A DNA stretch of 64,000 bases. Origin: Gammaproteobacteria bacterium. Lineage in GTDB: Bacteria > Pseudomonadota > Gammaproteobacteria > Natronospirales > DASSBR01. Made by a program: the position numbers and the translations under genes. The stretch lies in the NCBI GenBank assembly GCA_035698525.1, contig DASSBR010000045.1, positions 2,290-66,289 on the forward strand, read 5' to 3'. The notes beneath the pieces are model-generated. The model was given only the letters and a program-made list of their open reading frames with translations, was not told the origin of the DNA and searched no databases. How positions within the stretch are numbered: position 1 is the first letter of the stretch; each line of letters begins with the position of its first letter. This document shows, piece by piece, positions 45,466 through 56,775 of the stretch.

Positions 45466-46617
45466 TCAATCCGCCTGCCGCCGCAGGAATGCCGGAATGT
45501 CGAGGTAATCGGCATCCTTGTCCGGCAGGTCGGCCAGCCGATCGCCCACCGCCTTGCGGCGGATCACGGTCGGCTTGTCCAGCTCGGCGTAGTCGGCCTT
45601 TCCCGGCTTCGGCGGCACGATCTTGATCTTCGGCTCGACGGGCTTGTTGACCCGCATGTGGTGGCCGCCGAGCCCGGTGGCCACCACCGTGACGCGAATC
45701 TCCTTGCTCATCGCCGGGTCGATGACCGCGCCGACCACGACGGTCGCGTCGTCGGAGGCGAACTCCTTGACCGTGTTGCCGACTTCCTCGAACTCGCCGA
45801 TCGCCATGTCCATGCCGGCGGTGACGTTGACGAGGATGCCGCGCGCGCCGGCCAGGTTGACGTCTTCGAGCAGCGGGCTCGCGATGGCCGATTCGGCCGC
45901 CTCGCGGGCACGATCCTCGCCGGACGAAATGCCGGAGCCCATCATCGCCATGCCCATTTCGGACATGACCGTGCGCACGTCGGCGAAGTCGACGTTGATC
46001 AGGCCGGGCCGGGTGATCAGTTCGGCGATGCCCTGCACCGCGCCGAGCAGCACGTCGTTGGCGGACTTGAACGCGTCCAGCAGCGAGGTGCCGGCGCCCA
46101 GCACGGAGAGCAGCTTCTCGTTCGGGATCGTGATCAGCGAATCGACGTACTTGCCGAGTTCCTCGATACCCTGCTGCGCCACCTGCATGCGCTTGTTGCC
46201 CTCGAACGGGAACGGCTTGGTCACCACCGCGACGACCAGAATGCCCAGTTCCTTCGCCACCTGCGCGACCACGGGCGCCGCGCCGGTGCCGGTGCCGCCG
46301 CCCATGCCGGCGGTGATGAACACCATGTCGGAGCCTTCGATCACCTCGACGATCCGCTCGCGATCTTCCATCGCCGCCTGCCGGCCGACTTCCGGGTTGG
46401 CGCCCGCGCCAAGGCCCTTGGTCATGCTGCTGCCGATTTGCAGCGCCGTCTTGGCGTTGCTGTTCCGCAGCGCCTGGGCGTCGGTGTTCGCGCAGATGAA
46501 ATCCACGCCTTCGATACCGGTCGAGATCATGTGGCGCACGGCGTTGCCGCCGCCGCCGCCGACCCCGACGACCTTGATTACAGCGCTTTCGCTGTTGCCA
46601 TCCATTAATTCAAACAT
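45466..46617 (-). CDS. ftsZ: Cell division GTPase FtsZ
   Basis: [10 protein letters not shown], tubulin signature [11 protein letters not shown]-terminal [14 protein letters not shown]. Confidence 0.97.
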   Translation of the reverse strand: MFELMDGNSESAVIKVVGVGGGGGNAVRHMISTGIEGVDFICANTDAQALRNSNAKTALQIGSSMTKGLGAGANPEVGRQAAMEDRERIVEVIEGSDMVFITAGMGGGTGTGAAPVVAQVAKELGILVVAVVTKPFPFEGNKRMQVAQQGIEELGKYVDSLITIPNEKLLSVLGAGTSLLDAFKSANDVLLGAVQGIAELITRPGLINVDFADVRTVMSEMGMAMMGSGISSGEDRAREAAESAIASPLLEDVNLAGARGILVNVTAGMDMAIGEFEEVGNTVKEFASDDATVVVGAVIDPAMSKEIRVTVVATGLGGHHMRVNKPVEPKIKIVPPKPGKADYAELDKPTVIRRKAVGDRLADLPDKDADYLDIPAFLRRQAD

Positions 46618-46662
46618 GGTGCTGTCTCCTCGTGCTCGCCTGCTCTGCCTGATGTAAAAAAA

Positions 46663-47898
46663 CTAAAAGTTGCCCTGGAACCACTGCTTCATCCGCTGCC
46701 ATACGTCCTTCACCCCTGACTTCATCGGTGGCGCCGCCGACCGCTGATGCGCGCTTTGCCCGCCAAACAGCAGGAGACCGACGCCCGTGGCGTGGATCGG
46801 GTTGCGAACCACGTCCACGAGGCCGGTCACGTGCTGAGGCACCCCTAAACGAACCGGCGCGTGGAATACTTCTTCCGCCAGCTCAACCGCCCCCTCCATC
46901 TTCGAGCTGCCGCCGGTCAATACGACGCCGGCGGCGATCATGTCCTCGAATCCGCTTCTGCGAAGCTCCGCCTGAATCAGGCTGAACAATTCCTCGTAGC
47001 GCGGCTCGACGACCTCGGCCAGTGTCTGTCGCGCCAGCCGCCTCGGCGGGCGCTCGCCGACACTCGGCACTTCAATGGTTTCATCGGCGCTCGCGAGCTG
47101 CGGCAGCGCGCAGGCGTACTTGAGCTTGATTTCCTCGGCGCAATGCGTCGGCGTCCGGAGCGCCACCGCGATGTCGTTGGTCACCTGGTCGCCGGCGATC
47201 GGAATGACTGCCGTGTGGCGAATCGAGCCGTCGGTAAAGATCGCGATGTCAGTGGTGCCGCCGCCGATATCGACCAGGCACACGCCCAGATCCTTTTCGT
47301 CCTCGGTCAGCACCGAATGGCTCGATGCCAGCTGTTCGAGGATGATGTCGTCGACTTCGAGCCCGCAGCGGCGCACACACTTGATGATGTTCTGCGCGGC
47401 GGAGAGCGCGCCGGTCACCATGTGAACCTTGGCTTCAAGCCGGACGCCCGACATGCCGATCGGCTCGCGCACGCCGTCCTGCTGGTCGATGATGAATTCC
47501 TGCGGCAGGATGTGAAGAATCTTCTGATCGGCCGGAATCGCCACCGCGCGCGCCGCGTCGATTACCCGGTCGATGTCGCCCTGCGTCACTTCCTTGTCGC
47601 GGATCGCGACGATGCCGTGCGAATTCAGGCTGCGCACGTGACTGCCGGCAATGCCGGCGTAAACCGAATGAATTTCGCAGCCTGCCATCAACTCGGCTTC
47701 CTCGACCGCGCGCTGGATCGACTGCACGGTCGACTCGATATTGACGACCACGCCTTTCTTCAGGCCGCGCGAAGGATGCGAACCGATGCCGATGATTTCG
47801 ATGCCACCGTCCGGCCGGATCTCTCCAACGATGGCGACCACCTTGGACGTGCCGATATCGAGACCGACGATCAGACGCTTCTCGGGTCTTTTAGGCAT
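46663..47898 (-). CDS. ftsA: Cell division protein FtsA
   Basis: LIVGLDIGTSKVVAIVGE, VDIGGGTTDIAIF. Start at MPKRPEK (47898); the track ORF extension overlaps ftsQ. Confidence 0.95.
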   Translation of the reverse strand: MPKRPEKRLIVGLDIGTSKVVAIVGEIRPDGGIEIIGIGSHPSRGLKKGVVVNIESTVQSIQRAVEEAELMAGCEIHSVYAGIAGSHVRSLNSHGIVAIRDKEVTQGDIDRVIDAARAVAIPADQKILHILPQEFIIDQQDGVREPIGMSGVRLEAKVHMVTGALSAAQNIIKCVRRCGLEVDDIILEQLASSHSVLTEDEKDLGVCLVDIGGGTTDIAIFTDGSIRHTAVIPIAGDQVTNDIAVALRTPTHCAEEIKLKYACALPQLASADETIEVPSVGERPPRRLARQTLAEVVEPRYEELFSLIQAELRRSGFEDMIAAGVVLTGGSSKMEGAVELAEEVFHAPVRLGVPQHVTGLVDVVRNPIHATGVGLLLFGGQSAHQRSAAPPMKSGVKDVWQRMKQWFQGNF

Positions 47899-48658
47899 GT
47901 GTCTTCCCCACCTTTTCAAAATTGGATTTCCAACCGACCGCGAAACCGTTGGTGTAGCGCAGGTCGATGTAAGCCGCTTCGGCAAGGCGCGCGCCCAGCA
48001 CGCGCGGCACGATTTCAACGAAGCGTTGTAAATTCCGCTCAACCTCGTCACGGCCGAGGCGCAAACTGAGGCCGCTGGCGAGCGTGGCACGCCAGGCGCC
48101 ACGCGCGTCCAGACTCAGACCGGCGAGCTTGAGCCCGTTTGTTCCGAGCCGCGCGCTCATCGTTCGCCAGCTCGCGAGTACGCGCTGCGCGCTGTCGGCG
48201 GGCCCTGAAAGATGCGGCAGGTCTTTCGTGTCGGCCGGTGCGACGCGCGTGAATTCGACGCCGTCCGCGTTAATCAGCCCGCTCCCGTCCCAGCGCGCCA
48301 CCGCACGCTGCTCGCGCAATTCGACCTTCAGCGTCGATGGCCATTCGAGCCGCACGGCCGCATCCGCGACCCACGGCAATGCGACAACAGCTTCGCGAAT
48401 CTCATCGAGGTCGACGCGAAAAAAGCCGCCATGCAGATACGGCTTGACCGCCGCCCGCACGTCTGCCGGATCGACGCGCCTGAAGTCGCCGCCGACGACC
48501 AGCTCCGTCAGGCTCGGCCCCCAGTCCGCATAGCGTGCCCACTGCCAGCCGACAAGGCCGACGGCAATCAGCGCGGCGGCCAGAACCGCGGCGAGGAAGT
48601 GCCGGATTCTGAGGCTCTTCACCTGCGGCTGATTGGTCTTGGCGCGTGGCTTCACCAT
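47891..48658 (-). CDS. ftsQ: Cell division protein FtsQ
   Basis: Single TM (FLAAVLAAALIAVGLVGW) followed by a POTRA domain (VADAAVRLEWPSTLKVELREQRAVARW). The ATG at 48658 abuts the ddl stop. Confidence 0.85.
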   Translation of the reverse strand: MVKPRAKTNQPQVKSLRIRHFLAAVLAAALIAVGLVGWQWARYADWGPSLTELVVGGDFRRVDPADVRAAVKPYLHGGFFRVDLDEIREAVVALPWVADAAVRLEWPSTLKVELREQRAVARWDGSGLINADGVEFTRVAPADTKDLPHLSGPADSAQRVLASWRTMSARLGTNGLKLAGLSLDARGAWRATLASGLSLRLGRDEVERNLQRFVEIVPRVLGARLAEAAYIDLRYTNGFAVGWKSNFEKVGKTHA

Positions 48659-49608
48659 CAAACCGCCCCCCGCTCGACAAAACTCGTCTCCAGAATCCGC
48701 CAGCACAGCGCGCCGAAGTCGATCCCGACCGCCTTCGCCGCCATCGGCACCAGACTGTGGCCGGTCATTCCGGGCACCGTATTGCCCTCGATCAGCCACG
48801 GCTGACCGTTGGCATCGAGGATGAAATCCATCCGCCCCCAGCCGCTGCCGCCGAAGGCCTCGAACGCCCGCAGGCACATCTCTCCAAGCTCGCGTTCCTG
48901 CGCCTCGGTCAATCCGCACGGGCAGAAGTAACGCGTGTCGTCGGAAAAATATTTCGCGTCATAGTCGTAAAAATCGTGCGGCGTCTCCATCCGCACGATC
49001 GGCAGCGCTTCGCCGTCGAGCACCGAGCAGAAGTATTCGCCGCCGGTGATCCAGCGTTCGGCTATGACCAACTCGTCGCGATCGCGTGCGCCGCGGTACG
49101 CGGCTTCGATATCTTCCTCGCGGGTCAAGTGCGTGACGCCAATGCTCGACCCTTCGCGGGCGGGCTTGACCGCGACCGGGCAGCCGACCAGCCCCACGAA
49201 CGCACGCAGTTCTTCAACGCTGCGAACCTGTGCATAGGCCGGCGTCGGCAAGCTGAGCGTCTGCCAGACCTGCTTGGTGCGCAGCTTGTCCATCGACAGC
49301 GCGGAGCCGAGTACGCCGCTGCCGGTGTAGGGAATGCCGATCAGTTCCAGCAGGCCCTGGATCGTGCCGTCTTCGCCGTCGCGGCCGTGCAGCATGATGC
49401 AGGCGCGGTCGAAGCCGCCGTTGATGAGTGCCATGACGCCGTCGTCTTGCGGATCGACCGGGTGCGCATCGATTCCCTGCTCGCGCAGCGCCGCAAGTAC
49501 GGCCTGGCCGCTTAGCAGCGAAATCTCGCGCTCGGCCGACGTCCCGCCCAGAACAACGGCGACGCGACCGAATTTGCGCGGATCCCGAATGGACTCAGTC
49601 ACCGTCAT
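48658..49608 (-). CDS. ddl: D-alanine--D-alanine ligase
   Basis: VAVVLGGTSAEREISLLSG, ATP-grasp, EGNTVPGMT. Confidence 0.93.
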   Translation of the reverse strand: MTVTESIRDPRKFGRVAVVLGGTSAEREISLLSGQAVLAALREQGIDAHPVDPQDDGVMALINGGFDRACIMLHGRDGEDGTIQGLLELIGIPYTGSGVLGSALSMDKLRTKQVWQTLSLPTPAYAQVRSVEELRAFVGLVGCPVAVKPAREGSSIGVTHLTREEDIEAAYRGARDRDELVIAERWITGGEYFCSVLDGEALPIVRMETPHDFYDYDAKYFSDDTRYFCPCGLTEAQERELGEMCLRAFEAFGGSGWGRMDFILDANGQPWLIEGNTVPGMTGHSLVPMAAKAVGIDFGALCWRILETSFVERGAV

Positions 49609-50513
49609 GCATCATCCTCCGCGCTGCCGATAATCCGCACTTCGGGCGTCAGCTCGACGCCGAATTTCGCCTTGACCTCGGCCTGCACCCTAAGCAGTAA
49701 CGTTTCGATATCCGCGGCGGTCGCGCCCCGGTCGTTCAAAATGAAATTCGCGTGCTTGTCGGAGACCACCGCACCGCCGACGCGCCGGCCCTTCAACCCG
49801 GCCGCCTCGATCAGCCGTGCGGCGTGATCGCCCGGCGGATTGCGGAAGACCGAGCCGCAGCTCGCCGCGGCCACCGGCTGAGTCGCGTTGCGCCGGGCCA
49901 GCAGCATCTTCACGCGCTCGCGACTCATGCCGGGGTCGGGCGAAAACCTGAACCGGCCCGCGAGGAACCATTCCTCCGCCGGCGCATGTACCGACCGGTA
50001 GCCGATCCTGAATTCCGCCGCCGGGCGAACCCGGATGGCGCCGTTGCGGTCGATCGTTTCAACCGCCTCGACCCGTTCCCAGGCCTCGCCGCCAAACGCA
50101 CCCGCATTCATGGCCAGCGCGCCGCCGATCGTGCCGGGAATGCCGGCGAAGAAATCGCCACCGGCCAGCCGCCAGTTGACGCAGTGGCGCGCGAGCTTGG
50201 CGCAGGGGACGCCGGCTTCGGCGCGCACGCGCCCGCGGCCGTCGTGCTCGATGGCCGAGAGCGCGCCGTGCGTCGCGATCACCGTCCCGGGGAGGCCGCC
50301 GTCGCGCACCAGCAAGTTGCTCCCGAGGCCCACCCAGTGAATCGGCTCGTCGATCGGCAGCGTGACGAGGAAGTTGATCAGGTCGTCGCGGTCTGCCGGC
50401 TTGAACCAGCGTTGCGCGCGGCCGCCGGCGCACCACGACGTGTGCTTCGCCATCGGCTCGTTCTCGCGCAGCAGCCCACGAATTTCCATGTTGGTGCGCT
50501 TTGCGGCGATCAC
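49605..50513 (-). CDS. murB: UDP-N-acetylenolpyruvoylglucosamine reductase
   Basis: FAD-binding [37 protein letters not shown]. Confidence 0.9.
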   Translation of the reverse strand: MIAAKRTNMEIRGLLRENEPMAKHTSWCAGGRAQRWFKPADRDDLINFLVTLPIDEPIHWVGLGSNLLVRDGGLPGTVIATHGALSAIEHDGRGRVRAEAGVPCAKLARHCVNWRLAGGDFFAGIPGTIGGALAMNAGAFGGEAWERVEAVETIDRNGAIRVRPAAEFRIGYRSVHAPAEEWFLAGRFRFSPDPGMSRERVKMLLARRNATQPVAAASCGSVFRNPPGDHAARLIEAAGLKGRRVGGAVVSDKHANFILNDRGATAADIETLLLRVQAEVKAKFGVELTPEVRIIGSAEDDA

Positions 50514-51919
50514 GATGCACGCTCCACGCCGAGCCGTTCGGGCAGCGTCGCCGCCACCGACCCGATGTCGCCCGCGCCCAGTGTCAGCACCACGTCGCCA
50601 TCGGCGATGACTGCCGCCAGCGCCTCCGGCACGTCGCTACTGGCGGCGACGAACACAGGATCGACCTTGCCGCGATTGCGGATGGAGCGCGCCAGCGCCC
50701 GCGAATCGGCGCCGGCGATCGGCTGCTCGCCGGCCGGGTAAACCTCCGTCAGCAGCAGCACGTCGACCTCCGCCAGCACTTCGGAAAAGTCCTCGAACAG
50801 ATCGTGCGTGCGGGTGTAGCGATGCGGCTGAAACACCACCACCAGGCGGCGGCCGGGCCAGCCGTCGCGTACTGCCGCGAGGGTCGCGCGAATTTCACGC
50901 GGATGATGGCCATAGTCGTCCAGCGCGAGCACGGTGCCGTGCGCGGTGGCGATGTCGCCATAATTCTGCAGCCGCCGGCCGATGCCTTCGAAGCGCGCCA
51001 GCGCGGTGGCGATGGCCGCGTCCGGCACATCCAGCTCGCGCGCGATCGCGATGGCCGCGAGCGCGTTGGACACGTTGTGACGGCCGGGGAGATTCAACGT
51101 CACCGGCAGCGGATCGCGGTCGCGGAATCGCACCTCGAAGCGGGTTCGCGTGCCGTCGCTCGCGAGATCGGCCGCGCGCACGTCGGCGTCGGTCTCCAGC
51201 CCGTAGGACACGATCGGACGGCTCACTTCCGGCAGCAGCGCGCGCACTTCGGGATCGTCGAGGCACAGCACTGCCAGACCGTAAAACGGCAGGTGATGCA
51301 GGAATTCGAGAAAGCTCGCGCGCAGCCGGTTGAAGTCGTGGCCGTAAGCGCCGAGGTGATCGGCGTCGATGTTGGTAACCACCGCCATCATCGGTTGCAG
51401 GTGCAGGAACGAGGCGTCGCTTTCGTCCGCTTCGGCGACGAGGTAACGGCCCGCTCCCAGCCGCGCGTTGGCGCCGGCGCTGGTGAGCCGGCCGCCGATC
51501 ACGAACGTCGGGTCGAGCCCCGCTTCGGCGAGAATGCTGGCGACCAGGCTCGTCGTCGTCGTCTTGCCATGAGTGCCGGCGACGGCGATCCCCTGCCGGA
51601 AACGCATCAATTCGGCGAGCATCTCCGCGCGGCGCACCAGCGGAATGCGGCGCTCGCGCGCGGCGGCGGCTTCGGGATTGTCCGTTCCGATCGCGGTCGA
51701 CGTGACAACGCAGTCGGCCTCGACGACATTCGCGGCATCATGGCCGAGAGCGACCTTCACGCCCAGCGACTGCAGGCGTCGCGTGGCCGCGTTGGTGGAC
51801 TGATCGGAGCCCGACACCTCGTAGCCGAGGTTGTGCAGCACCTCGGCGATGCCGCTCATGCCGACACCGCCGATGCCGATAAGATGGATATGCTGGATGC
51901 GGCCCATGCGATCTTTCAT
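50510..51919 (-). CDS. murC: UDP-N-acetylmuramate--L-alanine ligase
   Basis: [30 protein letters not shown]. Start at MKDRMGRIQ (51919), an ATGA overlap with the murG stop. Confidence 0.93.
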   Translation of the reverse strand: MKDRMGRIQHIHLIGIGGVGMSGIAEVLHNLGYEVSGSDQSTNAATRRLQSLGVKVALGHDAANVVEADCVVTSTAIGTDNPEAAAARERRIPLVRRAEMLAELMRFRQGIAVAGTHGKTTTTSLVASILAEAGLDPTFVIGGRLTSAGANARLGAGRYLVAEADESDASFLHLQPMMAVVTNIDADHLGAYGHDFNRLRASFLEFLHHLPFYGLAVLCLDDPEVRALLPEVSRPIVSYGLETDADVRAADLASDGTRTRFEVRFRDRDPLPVTLNLPGRHNVSNALAAIAIARELDVPDAAIATALARFEGIGRRLQNYGDIATAHGTVLALDDYGHHPREIRATLAAVRDGWPGRRLVVVFQPHRYTRTHDLFEDFSEVLAEVDVLLLTEVYPAGEQPIAGADSRALARSIRNRGKVDPVFVAASSDVPEALAAVIADGDVVLTLGAGDIGSVAATLPERLGVERAS

Positions 51920-52995
51920 GCCGCCTCCTTCGCCGCGTCGAGGCAGGCTTGCGCCAGGTCGCGCGCCGCGTTCGGACGTGCGAACGTTCGCGCGGCCTCG
52001 GCCATGCACTGCAAACGCGGACGGTCGCTGCACAGTTCGCGCAGCATTGCGGCAAGCGCCTCGGCCGTCAGCGTCTGCTGCGCCATGATGACAGCCGCGC
52101 CGCGCCCGGCGAGGTGCTCGGCATTGCGCGTCTGGTGGTCGTCGACGGCGGCGGCGAATGGCACCAGCACCGCACCGAGGCCGGCGGCCGCCAGTTCGGC
52201 GATAGTCAATGCGCCGGCGCGGCAGACGGCGAGGTCGGCCCAGCCGTAGGCGGCGGCGACATCGTCGACGAAAGCCTCGACACGCGCCTCGACGCCCGCC
52301 TCGTCATAAGCGGCAGCAGCCCTGTCTAAATGGCGCTCCCCGGCCTGATGCCAGACCTCGGGCCGTGCGTCCGCAGGCAGCATCGCGAGCGCTTTCGGTA
52401 AGGTCTCGTTCAGAATGGACGCACCCTGGCTGCCGCCGAAGATCAGCAGCCGCACCCGTCCGGCGCGGCCGGCAAAGCGTTCGGACGGCGCGGGCATTGC
52501 CGCGACCGTGGTGCGCACCGGATTGCCTACGCAGCGCGCGCGGCGGCCTGGCGGGAAGCTGCCCGGAAAGCCTTCGAGGACGGTCGTTGCGAAACGTGCC
52601 AGCACACGATTGGTCATGCCCGGCACGGCGTTCTGCTCGTGAATAACGAGCGGCCGGCGCGAGAGCCAGGCCGCGATGCCGCCGGGGCCGCTGGCGAAGC
52701 CGCCCATGCCCAGCGCCACTGCCGGGCGCAACTTGCGCACGATCGACAATGCGCCGGAAAGCGCGCGCCCCAAGTTCAGCGGCGCGCCGAGGCGCGTCGC
52801 CCAGCCCTTGCCGCGCAATCCGCCCACGCCGATCCAGTGGATCGGGATGCCGGCAGCCGGGACCAGCCGCGCTTCGAGGCCGCGGCGCGTGCCCATCCAG
52901 GCGATTTCGCAACCGTCGCGGCGGAGTTCTTCGGCGGCTGCGAGAGCCGGGAAGACGTGCCCGCCGGTTCCTCCAGCCATGATCAGCACTCTCAT
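51916..52995 (-). CDS. murG: Lipid II-forming UDP-GlcNAc transferase MurG
   Basis: [24 protein letters not shown]. The ATG at 52995 overlaps the ftsW stop. The 799-aa track ORF is an upstream open-frame artefact. Confidence 0.93.
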   Translation of the reverse strand: MRVLIMAGGTGGHVFPALAAAEELRRDGCEIAWMGTRRGLEARLVPAAGIPIHWIGVGGLRGKGWATRLGAPLNLGRALSGALSIVRKLRPAVALGMGGFASGPGGIAAWLSRRPLVIHEQNAVPGMTNRVLARFATTVLEGFPGSFPPGRRARCVGNPVRTTVAAMPAPSERFAGRAGRVRLLIFGGSQGASILNETLPKALAMLPADARPEVWHQAGERHLDRAAAAYDEAGVEARVEAFVDDVAAAYGWADLAVCRAGALTIAELAAAGLGAVLVPFAAAVDDHQTRNAEHLAGRGAAVIMAQQTLTAEALAAMLRELCSDRPRLQCMAEAARTFARPNAARDLAQACLDAAKEAA

Positions 52996-54185
52996 GACCT
53001 GGCTCCGCGTTTGCGCGCCGTCGCCGGCCGCCCCACCGACTCGCATTCCCGCTGCACGCGCAAAATCAACGCCACCGACGCTGCAGTGACGATGACGCTG
53101 CTGCCGCCATAACTCATCAGCGGCAAGGTCAACCCCTTGGTCGGCAGCACGCCCATGTTGACGCCGATATTGATGAACGCCTGCAGCCCAATCCACAGGC
53201 CGAGGCCGCAGGCGATGAAAGCGCCGAAATCCTTGCCCTGACGTGCAGCCGTGCGGCCGATGGCGAACGCGCGCCAGGTGATACCGAGGTACAGGCCGAT
53301 GACGGCGACCGCGCCGATGACGCCCAGTTCTTCGGAAATGACGGCGAACAGGAAATCGGTATACGCCTCCGGCAGGTAAAACAGTTTTTGCACGCTTTCG
53401 CCGAGGCCGACGCCAAACCAGCCGCCGCGGCCGATGGCGATCAGCGACTGCGTGAGCTGAAAGCCGTCGTTGAACGGGTCGGCCCACGGGTTCAGGAACG
53501 CGGTCAGCCGGTCCATGCGGTAGGGCGACGACCAGGCCAGCACCGCGAGCGCGGCAAGCACCAGCAACAGCAGCAGCGTGAAGTGCCGGAGCCTCAGGCC
53601 CGCGAGGAACATCATCGCCAGCGCCGTCGCCATCATGACCGCCGCGGCACCGAAGTCCGGTTCCATGAGCAGCAGGAACGCGGCGCACACCAGCACCGAC
53701 ATCGGCTTCAGAAAACCGACGAAGCTGCGGATGTCGTCGCGGCGATGCACGAGATAGCCGGCGAGATATACGAAGATCAACAACCGCGCCGGCTCGGAGG
53801 CCTGCCCGCCAAACGGGCCGATGTCGATCCAGCGCATGCTGCCGTTGACGCTGCGGCCGATGCCGGGGACCAGCACCAGCATGAGCAGCGCGATTGCACC
53901 GACCAGCATCAGGAAGCGCGAACGTTCCCACCACGCGAGCGGCAGTTCGTAAACGACGAAGGCCGCGACCAGGGCCAGCACGACGTACACCGCCTGGCGT
54001 TGCATGAAATAGAACGGCTGACCGACGTCGCGCGCCGCCAGCGCAATCGACGCCGAACCGACCATCACCACGCCGAGCAACAGCAACGTCAGCGCCATGC
54101 CGGCGAGCCAGGCGTCCGGCATCGGCCGGCGCGCGCCGCCGGCGACCGCGCGCTGCCGGCTCCCGGCCTGCAGGATGGCGGCCAT
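52992..54185 (-). CDS. ftsW: Lipid II flippase / peptidoglycan glycosyltransferase FtsW (SEDS)
   Basis: 10-TM SEDS protein. PEAYTDFLFAVISEELG, LPTKGLTLPLMSYGGSS. The start at 54185 abuts the murD stop. Confidence 0.9.
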   Translation of the reverse strand: MAAILQAGSRQRAVAGGARRPMPDAWLAGMALTLLLLGVVMVGSASIALAARDVGQPFYFMQRQAVYVVLALVAAFVVYELPLAWWERSRFLMLVGAIALLMLVLVPGIGRSVNGSMRWIDIGPFGGQASEPARLLIFVYLAGYLVHRRDDIRSFVGFLKPMSVLVCAAFLLLMEPDFGAAAVMMATALAMMFLAGLRLRHFTLLLLLVLAALAVLAWSSPYRMDRLTAFLNPWADPFNDGFQLTQSLIAIGRGGWFGVGLGESVQKLFYLPEAYTDFLFAVISEELGVIGAVAVIGLYLGITWRAFAIGRTAARQGKDFGAFIACGLGLWIGLQAFINIGVNMGVLPTKGLTLPLMSYGGSSVIVTAASVALILRVQRECESVGRPATARKRGARS

Positions 54186-55534
54186 CAGGCGGCGAGCCTC
54201 CGCACGGCGGCGACAAATGCGTCGCCCCGCGCTTCGTAACTGGCGAACATGTCGAAGCTGGCGCACGCGGGCGCCAGCAGTACCCAGTCGCCCGGCCGGG
54301 CCAGCGCGGCAGCACGGGTCACGGCGTCTTCCATGCCCGCGGCGTGTTCGTATGGCACGAGGTCTTCGAGCGCGGCGGCGATGCGGTCGGCATCGCGGCC
54401 GATCAGCACCACGGCGCGCGCGCGGCCGGCGAGCGCCCGGGCGAAGTCGGCGAACTCCTGGCCCTTGCCGTCGCCGCCGGCGATCACGACCAGCGGCGCG
54501 TCCGCACCGACGATCGCCGCGACCGCCGCGCCGACATTGGTGGCCTTGGAATCGTCATACCAGGCGACACCGCCCGCCTCAGTCACGAAGCGCATGCGAT
54601 GCGGCAAGCCGCGGAAGTCGACGAGAATGTCGATCATCGCCTCGCGCGGCAGATCGACCGCCTCGCCGAGGGCCAGCGCCGCCAGTGCATTGGCATGGTT
54701 GTGCCGGCCGCGAATCTTGAGTTCGGCGGTCGGCATGATTTTTTCGGAGCCGCGCGCGAGCCATCCGCCGGTGTCGGTTTCGATGATGCCGTATTCGTCG
54801 GCCGCCGGCGCGCCGAGACCGAAGCGGATAGTCCGGCGCTTCGATTCCGCCATCGCCAAAACGCGCGAATCGTCGCGATTGACGACGCTGACCGCGGCGT
54901 CGTAATAGATGCGCGCCTTGGCGGCGGCGTATTCGTCGACATTGCGATAGCGGTCGAGATGATCCGGCGTCACGTTCAGCACCACCGCTGCCGCGAGCGG
55001 CAAGCGGTCCGTCGTTTCAAGCTGAAAGCTCGACAGTTCCAGCACGTACAGATCGGGCTCCGCTTCTTCCAGCAAATCGAGCACGGGCGTGCCGATATTG
55101 CCGCCGAAGCGCACGTCGCGGCCGGCGCGCTCCGCCATCAGCCCGAGCAGCGTTGTGACGGTGCTCTTGCCGTTGGTGCCGGTGATACCGACCACCGGCG
55201 CGCGGGCTTCGCGGGCAAACAATTCAACGTCGCCGCAGACTGGCAGACCGAGCGCGCGCGCCCGCAGAATGAACGGCTCCTGGGAAGACACGCCCGGCGA
55301 GACAATCACGAAATCGGCATTGGCGAGCGCATCGGGCGAATAGCCGCCGACAAACAGCGCCACATCCGGCAGTTCAGCCTTGAGTGCGGCCAGTGCCGGC
55401 GGTTCGGCGCGATTGTCGGTCACAGCCACGGCATAGCCGCGCCGCGCCAGGAAGCGCGCGCTGGCCAACCCGGTCTTGCCGAGACCGATGATCAAGCCTT
55501 TTTTCCGCGCCTGTTGCAATGCCGCCTCCATCAC
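54185..55534 (-). CDS. murD: UDP-N-acetylmuramoylalanine--D-glutamate ligase
   Basis: [29 protein letters not shown]. Confidence 0.93.
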   Translation of the reverse strand: MMEAALQQARKKGLIIGLGKTGLASARFLARRGYAVAVTDNRAEPPALAALKAELPDVALFVGGYSPDALANADFVIVSPGVSSQEPFILRARALGLPVCGDVELFAREARAPVVGITGTNGKSTVTTLLGLMAERAGRDVRFGGNIGTPVLDLLEEAEPDLYVLELSSFQLETTDRLPLAAAVVLNVTPDHLDRYRNVDEYAAAKARIYYDAAVSVVNRDDSRVLAMAESKRRTIRFGLGAPAADEYGIIETDTGGWLARGSEKIMPTAELKIRGRHNHANALAALALGEAVDLPREAMIDILVDFRGLPHRMRFVTEAGGVAWYDDSKATNVGAAVAAIVGADAPLVVIAGGDGKGQEFADFARALAGRARAVVLIGRDADRIAAALEDLVPYEHAAGMEDAVTRAAALARPGDWVLLAPACASFDMFASYEARGDAFVAAVRRLAA

Positions 55535-56613
55535 CGAATCTTGAGCGTCGAGAGCCCCACCAGTACCAGGATCACCGTGATGATCCAGAAACGTACAATC
55601 ACCTTGGGCTCGGCCCAGCCCTTGAGCTCGAAATGGTGATGCAGCGGCGCCATCCTGAAGATGCGTTTTCCGGTCAGCTTGTAAGAGCCGACCTGCAGAA
55701 TCACCGAGAAGGTTTCCATGACGAACACGCCGCCCATGATGAACAGCACCAGCTCCTGGCGGACGATGACGGCGAGCAGGCCGATCGCCGCGCCAAGCGC
55801 GAGCGAGCCGATATCACCCATGAAGACTTGCGCCGGATAGGTGTTGAACCACAGGAAGCCGAGACCCGCGCCGACGATCGCGCCGCAAAAGACGACGACT
55901 TCGCCCGCGCCGCGGATGTAAGGAATTTCGAGGTATCGGGCGAACAGCACGTTGCCGGCCGCGTAGGCAAACACCCCGAGCGCTGCGGTAATCAGCACCG
56001 CCGGCATGATCGCGAGGCCGTCGAGGCCGTCGGTCAGGTTGACCGCGTTGCTGCTGCCGACGACCACGAAGTAAACCACCGGAATATAAAGCGCGCCGAG
56101 CGCGACGTGGATCTGCTTGAAGAACGGCACGATCAACTGCGTCTCGGCCGGCGTGCTCGCCGAATAGTACAGTGCGATCGCGAGCCCAAGCGCCGCAATC
56201 GACTGCATCATATATTTGCTTTTCGCCGGCAGGCCGCGGGAATTCTTGAAGGCGAGCTTCAGGTAATCGTCGACGCCGCCGATCAGGCCGAACATGACCG
56301 TCACGCAAATCAGCGCCCACACGTAGCGGCTGGACAGATCCGCCCACAACAGCGTGCCCAGCGCGACCGAGAGCAAAATCAGGCTGCCGCCCATCGTCGG
56401 CGTGCCGGTCTTCGCAAGGTGCGATTGCGGCCCAAGTTCGCGGACGTGCTGGCCGATCTGGTAAAGGCCAAGGCGGCGTATGAAGGCGGGGCCGGCGAAC
56501 AACGACAGCGCCAGCGCCGTCAGCGCGCCGAGGATCGTCCGTACCGTCAGGTACCGGAATACATGAAAGCCGCTGTGGAACTGCGTGAGATAGTCGGCCA
56601 GATACAACAACAT
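55531..56613 (-). CDS. mraY: Phospho-N-acetylmuramoyl-pentapeptide transferase
   Basis: [49 protein letters not shown]. Start at 56613. Confidence 0.95.
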   Translation of the reverse strand: MLLYLADYLTQFHSGFHVFRYLTVRTILGALTALALSLFAGPAFIRRLGLYQIGQHVRELGPQSHLAKTGTPTMGGSLILLSVALGTLLWADLSSRYVWALICVTVMFGLIGGVDDYLKLAFKNSRGLPAKSKYMMQSIAALGLAIALYYSASTPAETQLIVPFFKQIHVALGALYIPVVYFVVVGSSNAVNLTDGLDGLAIMPAVLITAALGVFAYAAGNVLFARYLEIPYIRGAGEVVVFCGAIVGAGLGFLWFNTYPAQVFMGDIGSLALGAAIGLLAVIVRQELVLFIMGGVFVMETFSVILQVGSYKLTGKRIFRMAPLHHHFELKGWAEPKVIVRFWIITVILVLVGLSTLKIR

Positions 56614-56775
56614 GTCAGTGGCCCTCCCCGCCAATACCTTGCGGTCTCGCCGCGTCTTGCCGCGCCTGTCTGCGTTGCAGCTCCTCGCCATAGCTACGGC
56701 TATGACTCGTCGCCGCGCCTTGCCAGCCACGCCAATACGCAGCCGAGCCCATCAAGTTATTGGCGCAGAGGGCCA

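Noticed and set aside
45454-46657. 384-aa and 344-aa plus-strand ORFs
   Set aside because: Both are antisense to ftsZ; they are compositional artefacts.
50501-52249. 582-aa plus-strand ORF
   Set aside because: Antisense to murC and the 3' end of murG; low-complexity R/A/G-rich translation.
51916-54315. 799-aa minus-strand ORF, suggesting a giant MurG fusion
   Set aside because: Only the last 359 aa (from [13 protein letters not shown] at 52995) are MurG. The upstream 440 aa are an out-of-frame read through ftsW, which has its own clearly SEDS-like frame (52992-54185).
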